Origin: Camelus dromedarius
Lineage: Eukaryota
Assembly (NCBI RefSeq): GCF_036321535.1
Contig: NC_087437.1
Location: forward strand, 105,216,001-105,280,000
Reading direction: 5' to 3'
DNA: 64,000 nt
In this document: positions 1 to 13,310 of the stretch, piece by piece
How the letters are laid out: each line of letters opens with the position of its first letter
Position numbering within the stretch: position 1 is the first letter of the stretch
Notes under the pieces: generated by a model
Database searches by the model: none
The model's input: only the letters and a program-made list of their open reading frames with translations
Told to the model about the DNA's origin: nothing
Program-made: the position numbers and the translations under genes

Positions 1-2393
1 TGAAGCCAGGGAGCTTGATTCCCCCAGCTCCATTCTTCTTTCTAAAGATTGTTTTGGCTATTCAGGATATTTTGTGTTTACATAAAAATATTAACATTTT
101 TCATTCCAGTTTTGTGAAAACTGTTACTGATAACTTGATAAGGATCACATCTGTATATTGCCTTGGATAGCATGGCCATTTTAACAATATTGAGTCTTCC
201 AATTCAATAACACAGTATATCTTTCCATCTGTTTGTGTTGTTTTTAATTTCTTTCATTAGTCTTATAGTTTTCAGAGTACAGGTCCTTTGCCTCCTTAGG
301 TAGATTTATCCCTAGGTATTTTACTCTTTTTGGTGTGATGGTAAATGGGATTATTTCCTTAATTTATTTTTCTGATATTTCATTGTTACTGCATAGAAAT
401 ACAACTGATTTCTATACATTAATTTTGTATCCTGCAACTTCATCAAATTCATTGATGAGTTCTGGTAGTTTTCTGGTGGTGTCTTTAGGATTTTCTATGT
501 ATAGTATCATGGTCATCTGAAAACAATGACAGTTTTACTTCTTTTCCAAATTGGATTCCTTCTATTTCTTTTTCTTCTCTGATTTCTTTGGCTAGGACTT
601 CCAAAACAACATTGAATAAAAGTGGTGAGAGTGGGAATCCTTGTCTTATTCCTGATCTTAGAGGAAATGCTTTCATCTTTTCTCCATTAAGTATGATGTT
701 AGTTGTGGGTTTGTCATATATGGCCTTCGTTATGTTGAAGTATGTTCCCTCTATGCCCACCTTCTGGAGAATTTTTATCATAAATGGATGTTTAATTTTA
801 TCAAAAGCTTTTTCTGCATCTATTGAGATGACCATATGGTTTTTATTCTTCAGTTTGTTAATGTGGTATGTCACATCCACTGATTTGCAGATATTAAAAA
901 TCCTCACACTCCTGCGATAAATCCCACTTCATTATAGTGTATGATCCTTTTAATGCATGTCCATTTGCTAGTATTTTGTAAAGGATTTTTGTACCTATAT
1001 TCGTAAGTGATAGTGGCCTATGATTTTCTCTTTTGTAATATCTTTGTCTTATTTTGTATCAGGGTAATGGTGGCCTCATAGAGTGAGTTAGGAAGTGTTC
1101 CTTCCTCTGTAATGTTTTGGAATAGTTTCAGAAGGATAGGCATTAACAGCTTTAAATGTTTGGTAGAATTTGCATGTGAAGTCTTCTAGCCCTGGACTTT
1201 TGTTTGTTAAGAGTTTTTAAATTACTGACTCAATTTCAGTACTACTAATTGGTCTATTCATATTGTCTATTTCTTCCTGGTTCATCCTTGGCAAATTGTA
1301 CTTTTCTAAGAATCTGTCTGTTTCTTCTAGGTTGTCCTCCTTGTTGGTGTACAGTTGCTCATAGTAGCCTCTTAAGAGCGCTTGTATTCCTGTGGTGTCA
1401 GTTTTAACTTCTCTTTTACATTTCTAATTTTATTTAATTTGAGCCCTCTCTTTTTTTTTATGAGTCTGACTAAAAGTTTATCAATTTTTTTTGTATCTTT
1501 CCAAAGGACCAGCTTTTAGTCTCATTGATATTTTCTATTGTTTTTTAGTCTTTATTTCATTTATCTTTTCTCTAATATTTATAATTTCTTTCCTTCTACT
1601 AATTTTGGATTTTGTTTGTTCTTCTTTCTCAGTTGCTTTAGGTGTAAGGTAAAGTTGATTATTTGAGATTTTTCTTATTTCCTGAGGTAAGCTTATATTA
1701 TTATAAACTTCCCGCTTAGAACTGCCTTTGCTATGTCCCAGAGGTTTTGGATCACCGTGTTTTCATTTTCATTTGTCTCTAAGTATTTTTTGATTCCTCT
1801 TTGATTTCTTCAGTGATCCATTTGCATATTATATAGCCTCTGCATGTTTGTGCAGTTTTTGCAGTGTTTTCCTTGTAGTTGATTTCAAATCTCACTGGAC
1901 TGTGGTTGGAAAAGATAGGATTTTCCAACCACATGATATGAATACAATTTTCTTAAATTTATTGAGGCTTACTTAGTGGGCCAGCATGTAGTCTATTCTG
2001 AAGAATTTTCCATGTGTACTTAAGAAGGATGTGCATTTTGCTGCTTTTGGATGGAATGCTGTGTAAGTATCAATTAAATTCATCTGGTCTAATATGTCAT
2101 TTAAGGCCTGTATTTCCTTATTGATTTTCTGTCTAATTGATCTGTCCTTTGATGTAAGTGGGGTGTTAAGGTCCTGCACTATTACTGTGTTACTGCCAAT
2201 TTCTCCTTTTATGTCTGTTAACAGTTGCCTTATATATAAGGTGCTCCTATGTTGGGTGCATACATATTTACAATTGTTACCTCTTATTCTTGGATTGATC
2301 CTTTGAGCATTATGTAGCGTCCTTCTTTGTCTCTTGTAACAGTCTTTATTTTACATTTAAGGTAATTATTACTACATATGTTCTTATTGCCAT
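1..2393 (-). pseudogene. Disabled L1 ORF2 (endonuclease/reverse transcriptase)
   Basis: L1 ORF2 peptides are split across several frames. The RT motif reads FSDD instead of FADD and is followed by a frameshift. Confidence 0.95.
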
Positions 2394-3090
2394 CTTGTTA
2401 ATTGTTCTGGATTTATTTTTGTGGGCCTCTGTTTTTTCCTCTCTCTTTCTTCTTTTTGTTCTCTTGTGGTTTGATGACTATAGAGTTACCTTTGGATTCC
2501 TCTTCTGTTTTAGTGTATATATTTATTATATATTTTTGGTTTGAGGTTACCATGAGGTTTTGGTATAGAAGTCTATATACATACATGACTGTTTCAAGTT
2601 GCTGATCTCTTAATTTCAAGTTCATTTTAGATACTGTGCATTCGTACCCTCCTCCTCTCATGATTGCTGGTTTTGATATCATATTTTACATCTAATTGTT
2701 TTGTGTATCCTTTAACTGCTTATTGTAGACACAGGTGATTTTACTACCTTTGTCTTTCAACTTCCCTATTAGTTTGTGTGTAGGTGATTTTCTACCTTTC
2801 CTATATGTTTGCCTTTACTGATGAGTTTTCCCATTTTGTAATTTCCTTATTTCTAGTTGTGGCCTTTTCTTTGCTACCTAGAGAAGTTCCTTTAACGGTT
2901 GTTGTAAAGCTAGTTTGGTGGTGATGAATTCTTTTAGCTTCTGCTTATCTGTGAAGCTTTTGATTTCTCCATCAAATTTTAACAAGAGCCTTGATGAGTA
3001 GAGTGTTCCTGGTTGTAGGTTTTTCCCTTTTATCACTTTAAATATATTGTGCCACTCCCTTATTGCCTGCAGAGTTTCTGCTGAAAAATC
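1..3090 (-). mobile_element. LINE-1, 5'-truncated within ORF1, running off the left edge (ORF1 C-terminus, ~480-nt inter-ORF spacer, ORF2 endonuclease and RT)
   Basis: The minus strand gives the ORF1 end KLKEFITTKLALQQPLKELL* (stop 2878-2880) and the ORF2 start MAIRTYVVIITLNV (ATG 2393). It also gives the endonuclease peptide DLNTPLTSKDRSIRQKIN (ORF 1973-2179) and RT peptides [25 protein letters not shown] and LSLFSDD (ORF 485-907). Confidence 0.98.
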
Positions 3091-4629
3091 TTTCTTTTTA
3101 TTCTTAATAGATTACTTACAGTGAGTTAATGATAACTGAAAACATTTAACAAATATTATTTGTCTTTGTTTTGGTATAAGACAATGTTTTAAAAAGAAAA
3201 AAAACCAAAGATGTTATTTTCCTATAAAACTTGAACTATAAGCAGACTTATTTCAGTCTTCTAATGTAGATTTAAGATATTTTCCATAGCTTTACCTTTT
3301 TAAAGAGAAAACTTTCTCATAGTGAGGGTCTGATGTTCTCTGTAACCATATAAATAACTGAGAGAAAGGGCAACACTGAATATTACAAAGATACATATTA
3401 TCAAGAAAGTTCAGGCATACCTACTCATGTTTGACTCATAACTATTGTATTTATGTTCAAGTTTTTTGGACAGTGGTTGCAAGTAGAATCCTTCAATATT
3501 TATTTCTACACATCTTGGTTCTATTCAGATTTACCACGTATGGCTTTGAGTTTTTCTCACTTCCTCTTCCTTTATATCTAACTTTTTTCCTCTCAAAGTT
3601 CTTTTACAACAGCTTGCCTGAGTATATAAACATTGTGCATATGAGTTTATATGGGCTCTGTCCCATATAATCTCAATTTACACCTGCTTGATAAAAGCTG
3701 ATGCAGTTTTTCCTCAAAATGATGCTAAAAAGCCCATCTATTCTAATGGGTAGAACTGAATTTCCAAGTTATGTTGTAAAAAAAAGTATTCATTAATACT
3801 GCTGAAGTGTTACCCAAGCAGCAAAAATCTGTTTGAAAAATGATAAAGACTCAAATAATACAATGCAGTGGTTCAAAAACTAGAGTGAAATTCAACTGTT
3901 AGTTCTATTAGGTATCTATTATATATTTCAAAAGTGAAAATTTGTTACAAATTTTACTTCTGTCTGAAATCCTGAATTGCAGATTTAATAACAACTTCAC
4001 TTATCAAACACGTTTAGTTTTAAAATTTGGAAAAGTAGGAAGATATAATCAATACTATCAAAAAAGACATTAATATTGTATAAAATGACTTAGAAGAATT
4101 ATATATGAGAACAGACTTAAAATAAAATAAAAATAATAAAGAATAAAAATTTAACTTGAAATACAGATAACATGCTTCATTATTTTCTTAAGTTTTCTGT
4201 TTTTTAAAAATATGTTAAAGATCTGCTAGCTTCAGTTCTTAGGGTGTAAAGATTTAGGAAACTATTGTAATTATTACTTGGTGTACTATTTTTAAAATGT
4301 GCATTTTAGCCACAATACTCTTGGTTTAAACAGTCGGCTCATTTTCTCAATACCTATTTTTCTATGGGAATTGTAAGCCCTTTTTGTATGGAAGCTCTTT
4401 TATTATTAACAAACTCTTATTTTATATGTTTTTTCTTTTCTCATTCTCTTTAACCACTATATTGAATTCTAGTTTTCCTCTCAAGTAACAAAATAGACAC
4501 ATATTTATGTATGTGCTCTTAAAATTGGAAATAGTTTTATACCCAGATGCAATAACTTTAAGGAGAAAACTAATTTCTGTATATACTGGAATATAGTTTT
4601 AAAAAATTTAAAATACACAACAGAACCAT

Positions 4630-4835
4630 AGATGAGGACATTGGCTCTGGTGCTCGATTGACAGAATTAGAGTTTTGTCACTTATTTGCTATGTCACCTT
4701 AGTTAAATTATTTAAACTCATGAGCCTATAATGACTTTAATAATAGTAACTTTCTCTTCTAGCACTTTTGAGGATTAAATCAATTAATACATATAAAACT
4801 ATATAGACCAGTGACTGCACACAATGCATAAGTGT
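4630..4835 (+). mobile_element. MIR SINE, degenerate
   Basis: MIR-core-like text 'cacttatttgctatgtcaccttagttaaattatttaaactc...gaggattaaatcaattaatacatataaa'. Confidence 0.7.
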
Positions 4836-6044
4836 TAATCAGTCTTCAGTAAAATCAGAGTTTAGACACTGATCCTTTGAAAAAGGATCAGATCATTGTG
4901 AGAATTAGAAATTCTTTAATCCAGCCCTTTCAATTTTATTTTTTATTGCTATAAATTTTTAAAATAATCTTACAAACAACAGATAAAATTAATGCTTTCC
5001 TTAACTCCTCCACAATCTTTTTCTTTTATTCTCTTCTACCTTAGAATTTAATGTGTATTTTGCTTCTAATATTTGTTTGTTTATAATACATATGTGTTAA
5101 TACAGAATATATATAATACATATTATATACTATGTATTATTTTTATATACACATAAACACACATAATCATAAACAAAAGACCGAGTGCTTCTATGTGGAT
5201 TTTAAGGCTCACATAAACTTACATAAATTTTGCTCTTTATCCATTTAACTTCATATTTACATATATGTGAAGATTTTTTCCTTTTCTTGTTATGGTCTTA
5301 TTTCATGTTTTCTTATCATACTTTTTTGTTTGTTTATTTTCATCTTTAATTACTTTTGCATAATTTATTAAGTTTTTATTATTTATTCTTTTCATTTTCT
5401 GCTAGTTTGGAAATTACACTAACTTTAATTTTCCTGTGAATATAACTTTTAAAACTACTTTTGATTTTTTACTTAACAAGATCAAAAATATGCACATCTC
5501 TAAAATATGCACATCTTTATCCCACTCCTTGAAAATAGAAGTAATATAAGTATACTAACTAAATGCAGAGAAAAAGCCTTCTATCTTCCGTTTTATTTAT
5601 TTTACAGTTTTCCTATCTCATCTTAGCCTCCAAATTAGTTATTTACATCATATCATCAACTTCATAATCATCACTGTTTTTATAATAAATAATTGTTTAG
5701 CTATAAAAATTTATACTTCTGTATTTTGTATTTTGCTTATAGAGAAGTATGTTAACTTCTCAGCTCAGAGTTGATAAACCTCACAGGTAACAATAATTTG
5801 TTACTTTAAGTGTTACACACTTAGGACATAGGAGTAGGGCTTGAATTTTAATGGATAATTCCTTTTCTATCCACCACCTTAAATAGATGGCTAACTCATA
5901 AGATGATTCCTTGAGCTGGTGAGCAGGATATCTAAATCTCCGTTTTACAGATGGAACTAACTTCATGGATTTGTCAAGAAAATACAGTTCTCTACTGGAC
6001 CTGGATCTGGTGTGGTCTTCACTCTACTGTGGACACTGGAATCT

Positions 6045-6535
6045 CCATAAAAATAAAAATAATAAAATAATGCCATTTGCAGCAACAATGGATGAACATG
6101 GAGATTGTCATTATAAGTGAAATAAGCCATAAAGAAAAAGAGAAATACCATATGGTATCGCTTATATATGAAATATTAAAAAAAAAAAGACACAAATTAA
6201 CTTATTTACAAGGAAACAGACTCCCAAATACAGAGAAGAAACTCATGGTTACCAGGGGAGAAGAGGGATAAGAAAGGATAAGTTGGGAGTTAAAAATCTC
6301 CAGATACTAACTACTATAAATAAAATAGATAAACAAGTTTCTACTGTATAGCACAGAGAACTATATTCAATAACTGTTAGTAATCTATAATAAAAAAGAT
6401 TATAAGAAGGAATATATGTATGTATATGTATATATATGTATGTATATATATATATGTATATGTATGACTGAAACATTATGCTGTACACCGGAAACTGACA
6501 CAACATTGTAAACTGACTATACTTCAAATAAAAAC
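6045..6535 (+). mobile_element. L1 3' end (cetartiodactyl/camelid-type 3' UTR)
   Basis: 'atgccatttgcagcaacaatggatg...aaacagactcccaaatacagag...acacaacattgtaaactgactatacttcaaataaaa', closely matching the copy at 11632-12082. It has an internal (TA/TATG)n tract at ~6413-6466. Confidence 0.95.
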
Positions 6536-6890
6536 TGAGAAAAAAAGAACACAGAGGAAAGAAAAAGAACAAGAGAACCATGAGTGGACACAGAGAACTT
6601 GCTGAGAAGTTGTGCTTATTAGCTTTCTCAGCCCCTGGTGTAACTAAGACTTTTATCTCTTCAGTCAATGTGCAGATATGGCAAATATTACAGAAATATT
6701 AGAGAAACCAGCTTAATATCAGCTGACGTTAAAGATATAATATCAAAACCGAGATGATGCAGAAAATGTATGCCTGTCTCAGATGATAAACAAATAAATA
6801 AATCTGCCCTATACATTTTTCTAAAAGTGAATAATTAAGGATGCAACGACATAGGAGAGTTGTGTTTCTTTCAAAAGCAAATAGTGCTCT

Positions 6891-7480
6891 TGTGGTGGTG
6901 AATTTTATATATTAATTTGGCTGAGCCATAGTGCCTAGATATTTAATCAAACATCATTCTAGATCTTTCCATGAGACTGGTTTTGGATGAGATTTATATT
7001 TAAATTGGTGGACTTTGAGAAAAGTAGATTGTCCTCCACAACTTGTAGGTTAGGCCTCCAATATGTTAAAGGCCAAAATAAATCCAAAGGCTGACCTCAC
7101 CTGAGCATGAGGGGATTCAGCCAGCAGACTGCACTTGGGTTTATCTGCAGTATTGGTTCTTCCAGATTGATCAGAAGACTGCCTTCAGACATAAGCTACA
7201 ACTTTTTCTGAGTCTCCAGCCTCACAACCTCTTTTATCAGATTTTGGATTCACCACCAAGCTTCCACAATGATCACATGAGCCAATTTCTTAAATCAATC
7301 TCTCTCTCTCTCTCTAGATAAATAGATATAGATGGAAAAATAGATAGATAGATCTAAATCTAGATAATCTATATAAAATATGTATATAAAGAGTGTGTAT
7401 ATATATGCGTGTGTGTGTGTGTTTGTGTATCTATTTATCTCCTATTTGTTCTGTTTCTCTGGAGAACCTTGACTCATACA
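6891..7480 (+). mobile_element. MLT2 (ERV-L) solo LTR
   Basis: TG...CA termini and the MLT2 end 'cctatttgttctgtttctctggagaaccttgactcataca'. It has an internal TC/TAGA/TG microsatellite and a degenerate 5-bp TSD gctct/gttct. Confidence 0.9.
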
Positions 7481-8214
7481 GTTCTCAAAATTTTTTCACT
7501 TATTTTCAAGGGTGAAGTCTGTCCCTTATTTCTCATGTCATGTATCCAAGACTGTAAAGGGTAAAACTATTATTTTTAGTGCAGTCCTTTTAAGTTTAAA
7601 AAAAAAAGAGAGAGAAAAACAAACAAATCCAGACATTTATGAACAATGTTATGTCAAAAGTAATGTTTTCCCAAGCATCTTTGCATTTTTTGAATATAAT
7701 GTATTTTTAGATTTAACAGATTTATATTTTAATTATTTTAAAAGTGTGGACATAATTTATTATAAATTATATGTTGCTTCTCAGCTTTAAGTAACTTTTC
7801 TCTTTATTATTTGGATGAAATTAATTGAATTCATAGAATTAACAAATGCTTGTCCCCCTTCCTTTACCATTCACATGCTGCCATATTATAAAAAATATGT
7901 ATGTTTTATAAATTGTAAAAGTGAAGATTATTAGGACACAGAAAACATAATTTAACACTAAAGTATTTGATATGAAGAGTATCAGTCTAACCACCAAATT
8001 TAACATCCTTTAAAATTGTATTCCTCTGTTTACATAGATTTCTTTGCATTTTCTGAATTGTCTCCTTATATTTCCAAAAATACATTATTTTTAATAGTCT
8101 TTTAACCAATATTCATCACACAACTACCATGGGCCTGGTTCTGGAGCAACAGTGGGGAAAATAGAAAAAAATAAAATGAATTAAATCTTTACTTAAGCCT
8201 TAATATTGTTTCTG

Positions 8215-8425
8215 GTTGAGATCATGGGTTTCAGTGTCAGATAAATACAAGTTGGAATAACAGGACTTCGTTACGTGGCTGTGGGCCTGGTGCTTCATCT
8301 AATAAACCTCAATTTCCACATTGTAAACTGGAGAAGGTAATGGTATCTACACAAGGAGTCACTAAGAAAATTAACAACAGCAGTGCCATCAGTGCGCTCA
8401 GCCTGGCACCTGGCAAAGTAAGTGT
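8215..8425 (+). mobile_element. MIR SINE, degenerate
   Basis: 'aaacctcaatttccacattgtaaactggagaaggtaatggtatctac...gcctggcacctggcaaagtaagtg'. Confidence 0.7.
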
Positions 8426-10081
8426 CATCACTGCAAATTGTTATCTCCATGTCTAAGGTCTCTAAAGCTGGTGCTTATTGCCCTGGGCTATATCTGACTC
8501 AGTGTAACACACTATCTGGCTTTGTACTCACTGTTATTATTTGTACTTTTTATAAAGCTCTATCCTGGAGATTATTGCTTTTTTAACAGCTTGTCAGAAT
8601 CAATATTAAAATAATAGCATCCACATTTCTAAGAAGATTAGGAGTAAATTGAAGGCAATTTAGTCTCTCTTTGGATAGGATTTTATTTAAGTCATTCAAA
8701 GAAAAATCAATTTTAATTTTTATCTTTGTAGCTTCTCCTGCTAGTCTAGGGTAAATTCTCACTATATTTTGCCTATGTTTGTATGTTGGTCTTTACACTC
8801 TTTCTGTGGGATTGGGTTTGGTGGAGATCACCTGGGCACCATCCTTCACAGGGGAGCTGTTATGTGCTATATATTCCCATGTGTCTTCTCTCAGTGTTGT
8901 CACCCTCAGAGTAATCCTTTTCTTTGCCTTTTCTTTATAATAAATTTTAAACCTTAAACTGTCTCCATTGCCTTCTTCTGAACTCTCCCTGCATTTCCCA
9001 CACAGCATTAATTTTGATTACAAAAACAAGTCACTGCTGAAAATAATATGAGAATTACCTCATGGTGTCTCAGAGCAGGGCTCCTGTTTAAGAATTCAGC
9101 ACTGTGTTTGCTTTCCCCAGGGCTGCATCCCTGATCGTGTTTAGTTTATTGTCTCTTATGACACTTAGCTATTTTTCTGCCACCCTTGCATTTCTTGTAT
9201 TTTTGCAATGAAAAATTATTTTTCTCTTCAGATATACTCCCCTCATCTTATCGTGACTGCATTTTTTTCCATGTGTTTTTCCATTCAACAAGGTCACTTT
9301 GTGTGGCGATTTTTTATCTTCCACACATTTAGCTACCGAGGCTCCCCTCTTATTTAATGTCATCTGCCAAGTTAATAAGTGCAGAGAATATTCCAACATC
9401 CTGATTTCATAGTGTCCTCTGTTAACTAATTCAAGGATTAGACTACTCACACATTTCTACTAAGAATGTCATTAATGCAGTGGTCATTTCAGATTGACTA
9501 GACTGAGCTTAGAATCTAAGCTCATGGTTTTGGCATCTTTTTAATGATGACTACTTAAAACTTCCCATTCACTCTCCATTTACTAACAAATTGCATGTCC
9601 TAATATTCGACACCATCTACTACTTGATTTTTAATGTCTTTTGAGATCTATCATGCACCATTTTTGTGGCCTATAAAGGTTAGTTATAAGAATGAAGACT
9701 CAACTGTGGTATGCTGGGATCTGGGAGAAAACTGATATAAGCAGAAAGAGATTATGTTATATTATTTGTCCTTTTATTCTTTCAGTTTCATTAATATGTT
9801 GTTCTATAAGCTGAAGAGTCGCTAATAAACACCATGGAATATATGGTTATGTTATAAAATCACAGTTTGGAGATAATTAGAAATGCAATGAAATAAAAGT
9901 GTAGTATATTCACTGATAAGGGAGATTCATTCAGATGCAGCCCACAGAAATGATTTCTATTGCAGACAAGTGTGGAGGGGGCGGTTAGGTTGGTATATGG
10001 AAGTGGGGCTTTTAGGAGGAAATTTAGCTCACAAAGATGAATCCTCATGAAGGAGAGGCCAGAGGGCCAAACTATCTTTTA

Positions 10082-10245
10082 AGCATATCTGCAATCTGAA
10101 AGAGGGCTTTCACCGTGACCTGATCGCGCTGGCGCCCTGACAATGGCCTCCCAGCCTCTAGAACTGTGTGAAGTAAATTTCTGTTGTGATAAAGCTACCC
10201 AGTCTATTATATTTTGTTGCCGTAGCCAGATAAGTCTAAGATACA
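10082..10245 (+). mobile_element. MLT1 (MaLR) LTR, 3' part
   Basis: 'ccagcctctagaactgtgtgaagtaaatttctgttgtgataaagctacccagtcta...ctaagataca'. Confidence 0.85.
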
Positions 10246-10305
10246 ATGGAATACAGAGGTATGTAGAAGTATTAACTCTAGAGAGGTCAAGATATTTCTC
10301 CATCC

Positions 10306-10458
10306 TTTTTTTTTTTAATTGAAGTATAGTTGACTTACAGTATTATATTAGTTTCAGGTGTACAACATAGTAACTTGATATTTTTATAGACCATACTTTA
10401 TACACAGTTATTATAAACTATTGCCTATATCCCCTGCATTGTATATTACATTCTTGTA
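10306..10458 (-). mobile_element. L1 3' tail
   Basis: Poly(T) followed by 'aattgaagtatagttgacttacag...gtttcaggtgtacaacatag', the reverse complement of an L1 3' terminus. Confidence 0.88.
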
Positions 10459-11631
10459 ATGTATCTTTGTCTTTATAAGAGGAGAGAATTAAAAAAAAAA
10501 AGTGGGATGAATACAATTAGTTTAGAAGATTCAACAGTAGGAAATTATTTTCTTCCTAACGGCTTTTATTCTATTGACGAAATTAATGAACACATCTGTA
10601 AAAAGGAGGTAAGGGCAGAGATGGATGTGGATATTGAACTGGTAGGAGAAGGTCTGAGAAAGCTGCAACAACAAATGGGAGAGAGAGTTAAGGAATCCTA
10701 GAACGACTGCTGCATAGCCCCGGGGCCTCCATTACTTACTAGGGGGAGGCAACTAACCAATAGGATAAGTGGCTTGACACCTCCTGGTAGACAGAAGCCC
10801 AGAATTTTCAAGGGAATGACAGCATCAGCAAAAGTTCCTAAATTATAGTGCATTTATCATCAGGTACAGGGAGTAAGCAGTATGTGCCCAGTGGATCCAG
10901 TGTATTTAAAACAAGACATCAGAGAGTGGATGAGAGATTGTGAAGAGTAACAAGTTCCAAGAAGGAAGATAGACCAGTCAATCCTCCTGAGCTTCATGAT
11001 GGGGATTGAGACCCAAGAACAGGAATAACTATATAATGGAAATAGTAATCACACAGATAATAGCCAACATGTCATATTCCATTCAAATTACATGCTGATT
11101 AGTTTCCTTATCCCTTTGTATTGTGGAGCTTTGGTAACTATATTTGGGCTCCTGGCACAGAGGGACGTTACCTAAAGGAAGTTAGGAATGATGCGATTTA
11201 ATCAGTGCAATTTTATGAATTTTGAGTTCTGTTTGTAGGGGAAACTGGATTTTTTTTTTTATCCTTTTCTCAGTAGTTCTCTCTCTGTTCCATTAAAGCA
11301 CTCAGACTGTGTTCACTGCTTCTGAGAATGAGTGTGACACAGAAGAAAGCAGATAGGGTAATCAGTAGCCTCACCACTTACCAATGCCCTGGACTGACCA
11401 AGAATCTAGCCAATGTTGCTGATGCCCTAAAGCCTGGCATGGAAGGTCACTCCTCAAAGGAACAGCAGGCATGAAAAAGGATCAGATCAGTGGTGACCTG
11501 TACAGATGAGTGACATAAGTCTCAGATGATTCCCATGTAGATGGATTATTTGAAAGAAAAATGAGCCCTAATTAGGACACCCTAATTATTACTCAGACTA
11601 TTAAAAACTTAGAGGTAAAGAAAGGGAACCC

Positions 11632-12082
11632 TGGCCATAAAAAGAATAAAATAATGCTATTTGCAACAACATGGATGAATGTACAGATCGTCATTCTAAG
11701 TGAAGTAAGCCAGAAAGAGAATGAAAAATACCATATGATATCACTCATATGTGAATCAGACAAACAAAAAAAAGGTGCAAATGAACTTATTTACAAAACA
11801 GAAACAGACTCAGACATAGAAAACAAATTTATGGTTAATGGTGGGGGGAAGGCGGTTAGAAGGGTAAGTTGGGGAACTCGACATTTGCAGGTGCTAACTA
11901 CTATATATAAAATAGATTAACAACAAGTTTTATTGTATATCACAGGGAACTATATTCAATATGTTTTAGAAACCTATAATGAAAAAGAATATATGTATGT
12001 ACATGTATGACTGAAACATGTTGCGTACAGCAGAAATTGACACAACATTGTAAACTGACTATATTTCAATTAAATAAATAAT
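11632..12082 (+). mobile_element. 5'-truncated L1 with a perfect 13-bp TSD
   Basis: L1 3' UTR and A-rich tail, with TSD agaaagggaaccc at 11619-11631 and 12083-12095. Confidence 0.97.
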
Positions 12083-12911
12083 AGAAAGGGAACCCAACTT
12101 GAGTGAGATTAATCTTCCATAACCCTAGAAGAATGGCAGCTCAAATTATAATTTGGTTATTAAGATTTTGCTTAAGTACTTAAGTTTATATCTAGTTTTT
12201 TTTTTATCCACTGCAAAAGAAAAAGAAAAAAGAAAACGATTCTCAATTATCAACCTTGTTCTCATTCCCAAATTTTAGATGTAGTATATTTTACTTGCTG
12301 ATTCACAATTCATTTAAAAGATAATAACCTAGCAATTACCAAATCCAACTGTACACTGGAACTTTATAAATAACAAAAATAAGTAAGGCTGGCAGGCCAC
12401 AAAGAGTTTTAAGTGATAGCAATGCTTATGGGAGGAGGGGGAGTCAGAATGCAAATTCTTTCTAATGTGGGCAGTGGGTGCTTTGATTCAGCTAGTTATT
12501 GCATTAGGAGAATGCAACACATGTATGGCCAGATATTTCTTTCTTTTCTTTCTTTTCTTTTGTTTAAGAAGCTGAGAATGCAACCTCTTTGTGTCTAAAT
12601 TGGCAATATTAAAAACACTGTACAAGACAAAAAAAATAATAATAAACCAAAACACCTTGTCTGCAGTTTGCATCTTGATTTTCCATGCCATTTTACCTTC
12701 TCTGCCTTAGAATACTGACTTTCAAACTTATAGTATTGATTTTTAAATTTATGCAGCATGGAAAATTGTGGTCACAAATACTGTGAGGAAGCCTAACAAT
12801 AGAATAGTCTGCAATGCCTCTGGCTGTAGTGCTGAAGGGGTAGTTAGTGCTTCAATTTCTCCATACCTTTCTCGTCCACCGTGGGAACCTCCAAGGAGCA
12901 GAGACTGAGGG

Positions 12912-13310
12912 TGATAAAGTTAATTTGTAAGTCAGAGCCTGCACAATGGAGGCCACTCTGGTGACCAGGCCGTCGTCACAAATCCAAACCTAAGTTAACT
13001 TGCATTTATGGGAAACATTGCCAAGGAAAGCTAACATATACCAGTCACAATCCTCCAACGCAGCTTTAGCTTCCTTACTTTGCCCTAAAAATTAGGACCG
13101 ACTAGCTTTATAAAAAAAAAATTTTCTTACATCCTAACCAGTCATGCTCTGTTTCTGTGTTGCCTCACTTAATACTTTATAAAATTTGATCTTATTCAAA
13201 ATCTCTCCACTGCTTGTAAGGCATTGATTTCACCCAGTACATGGATTGTTTTCTTTTGAATAAAGGACATCAAATTTGTTACTAAATTATTTTAGTTTTG
13301 TCATTTGACA
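12912..13310 (+). mobile_element. Probable ERV1-class solo LTR
   Basis: TATA-like 'tttataaaa', then AATAAA at ~13259 and a 'tttgaca' terminus like the LTR ending at 48737. The 5' boundary is uncertain. Confidence 0.55.
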
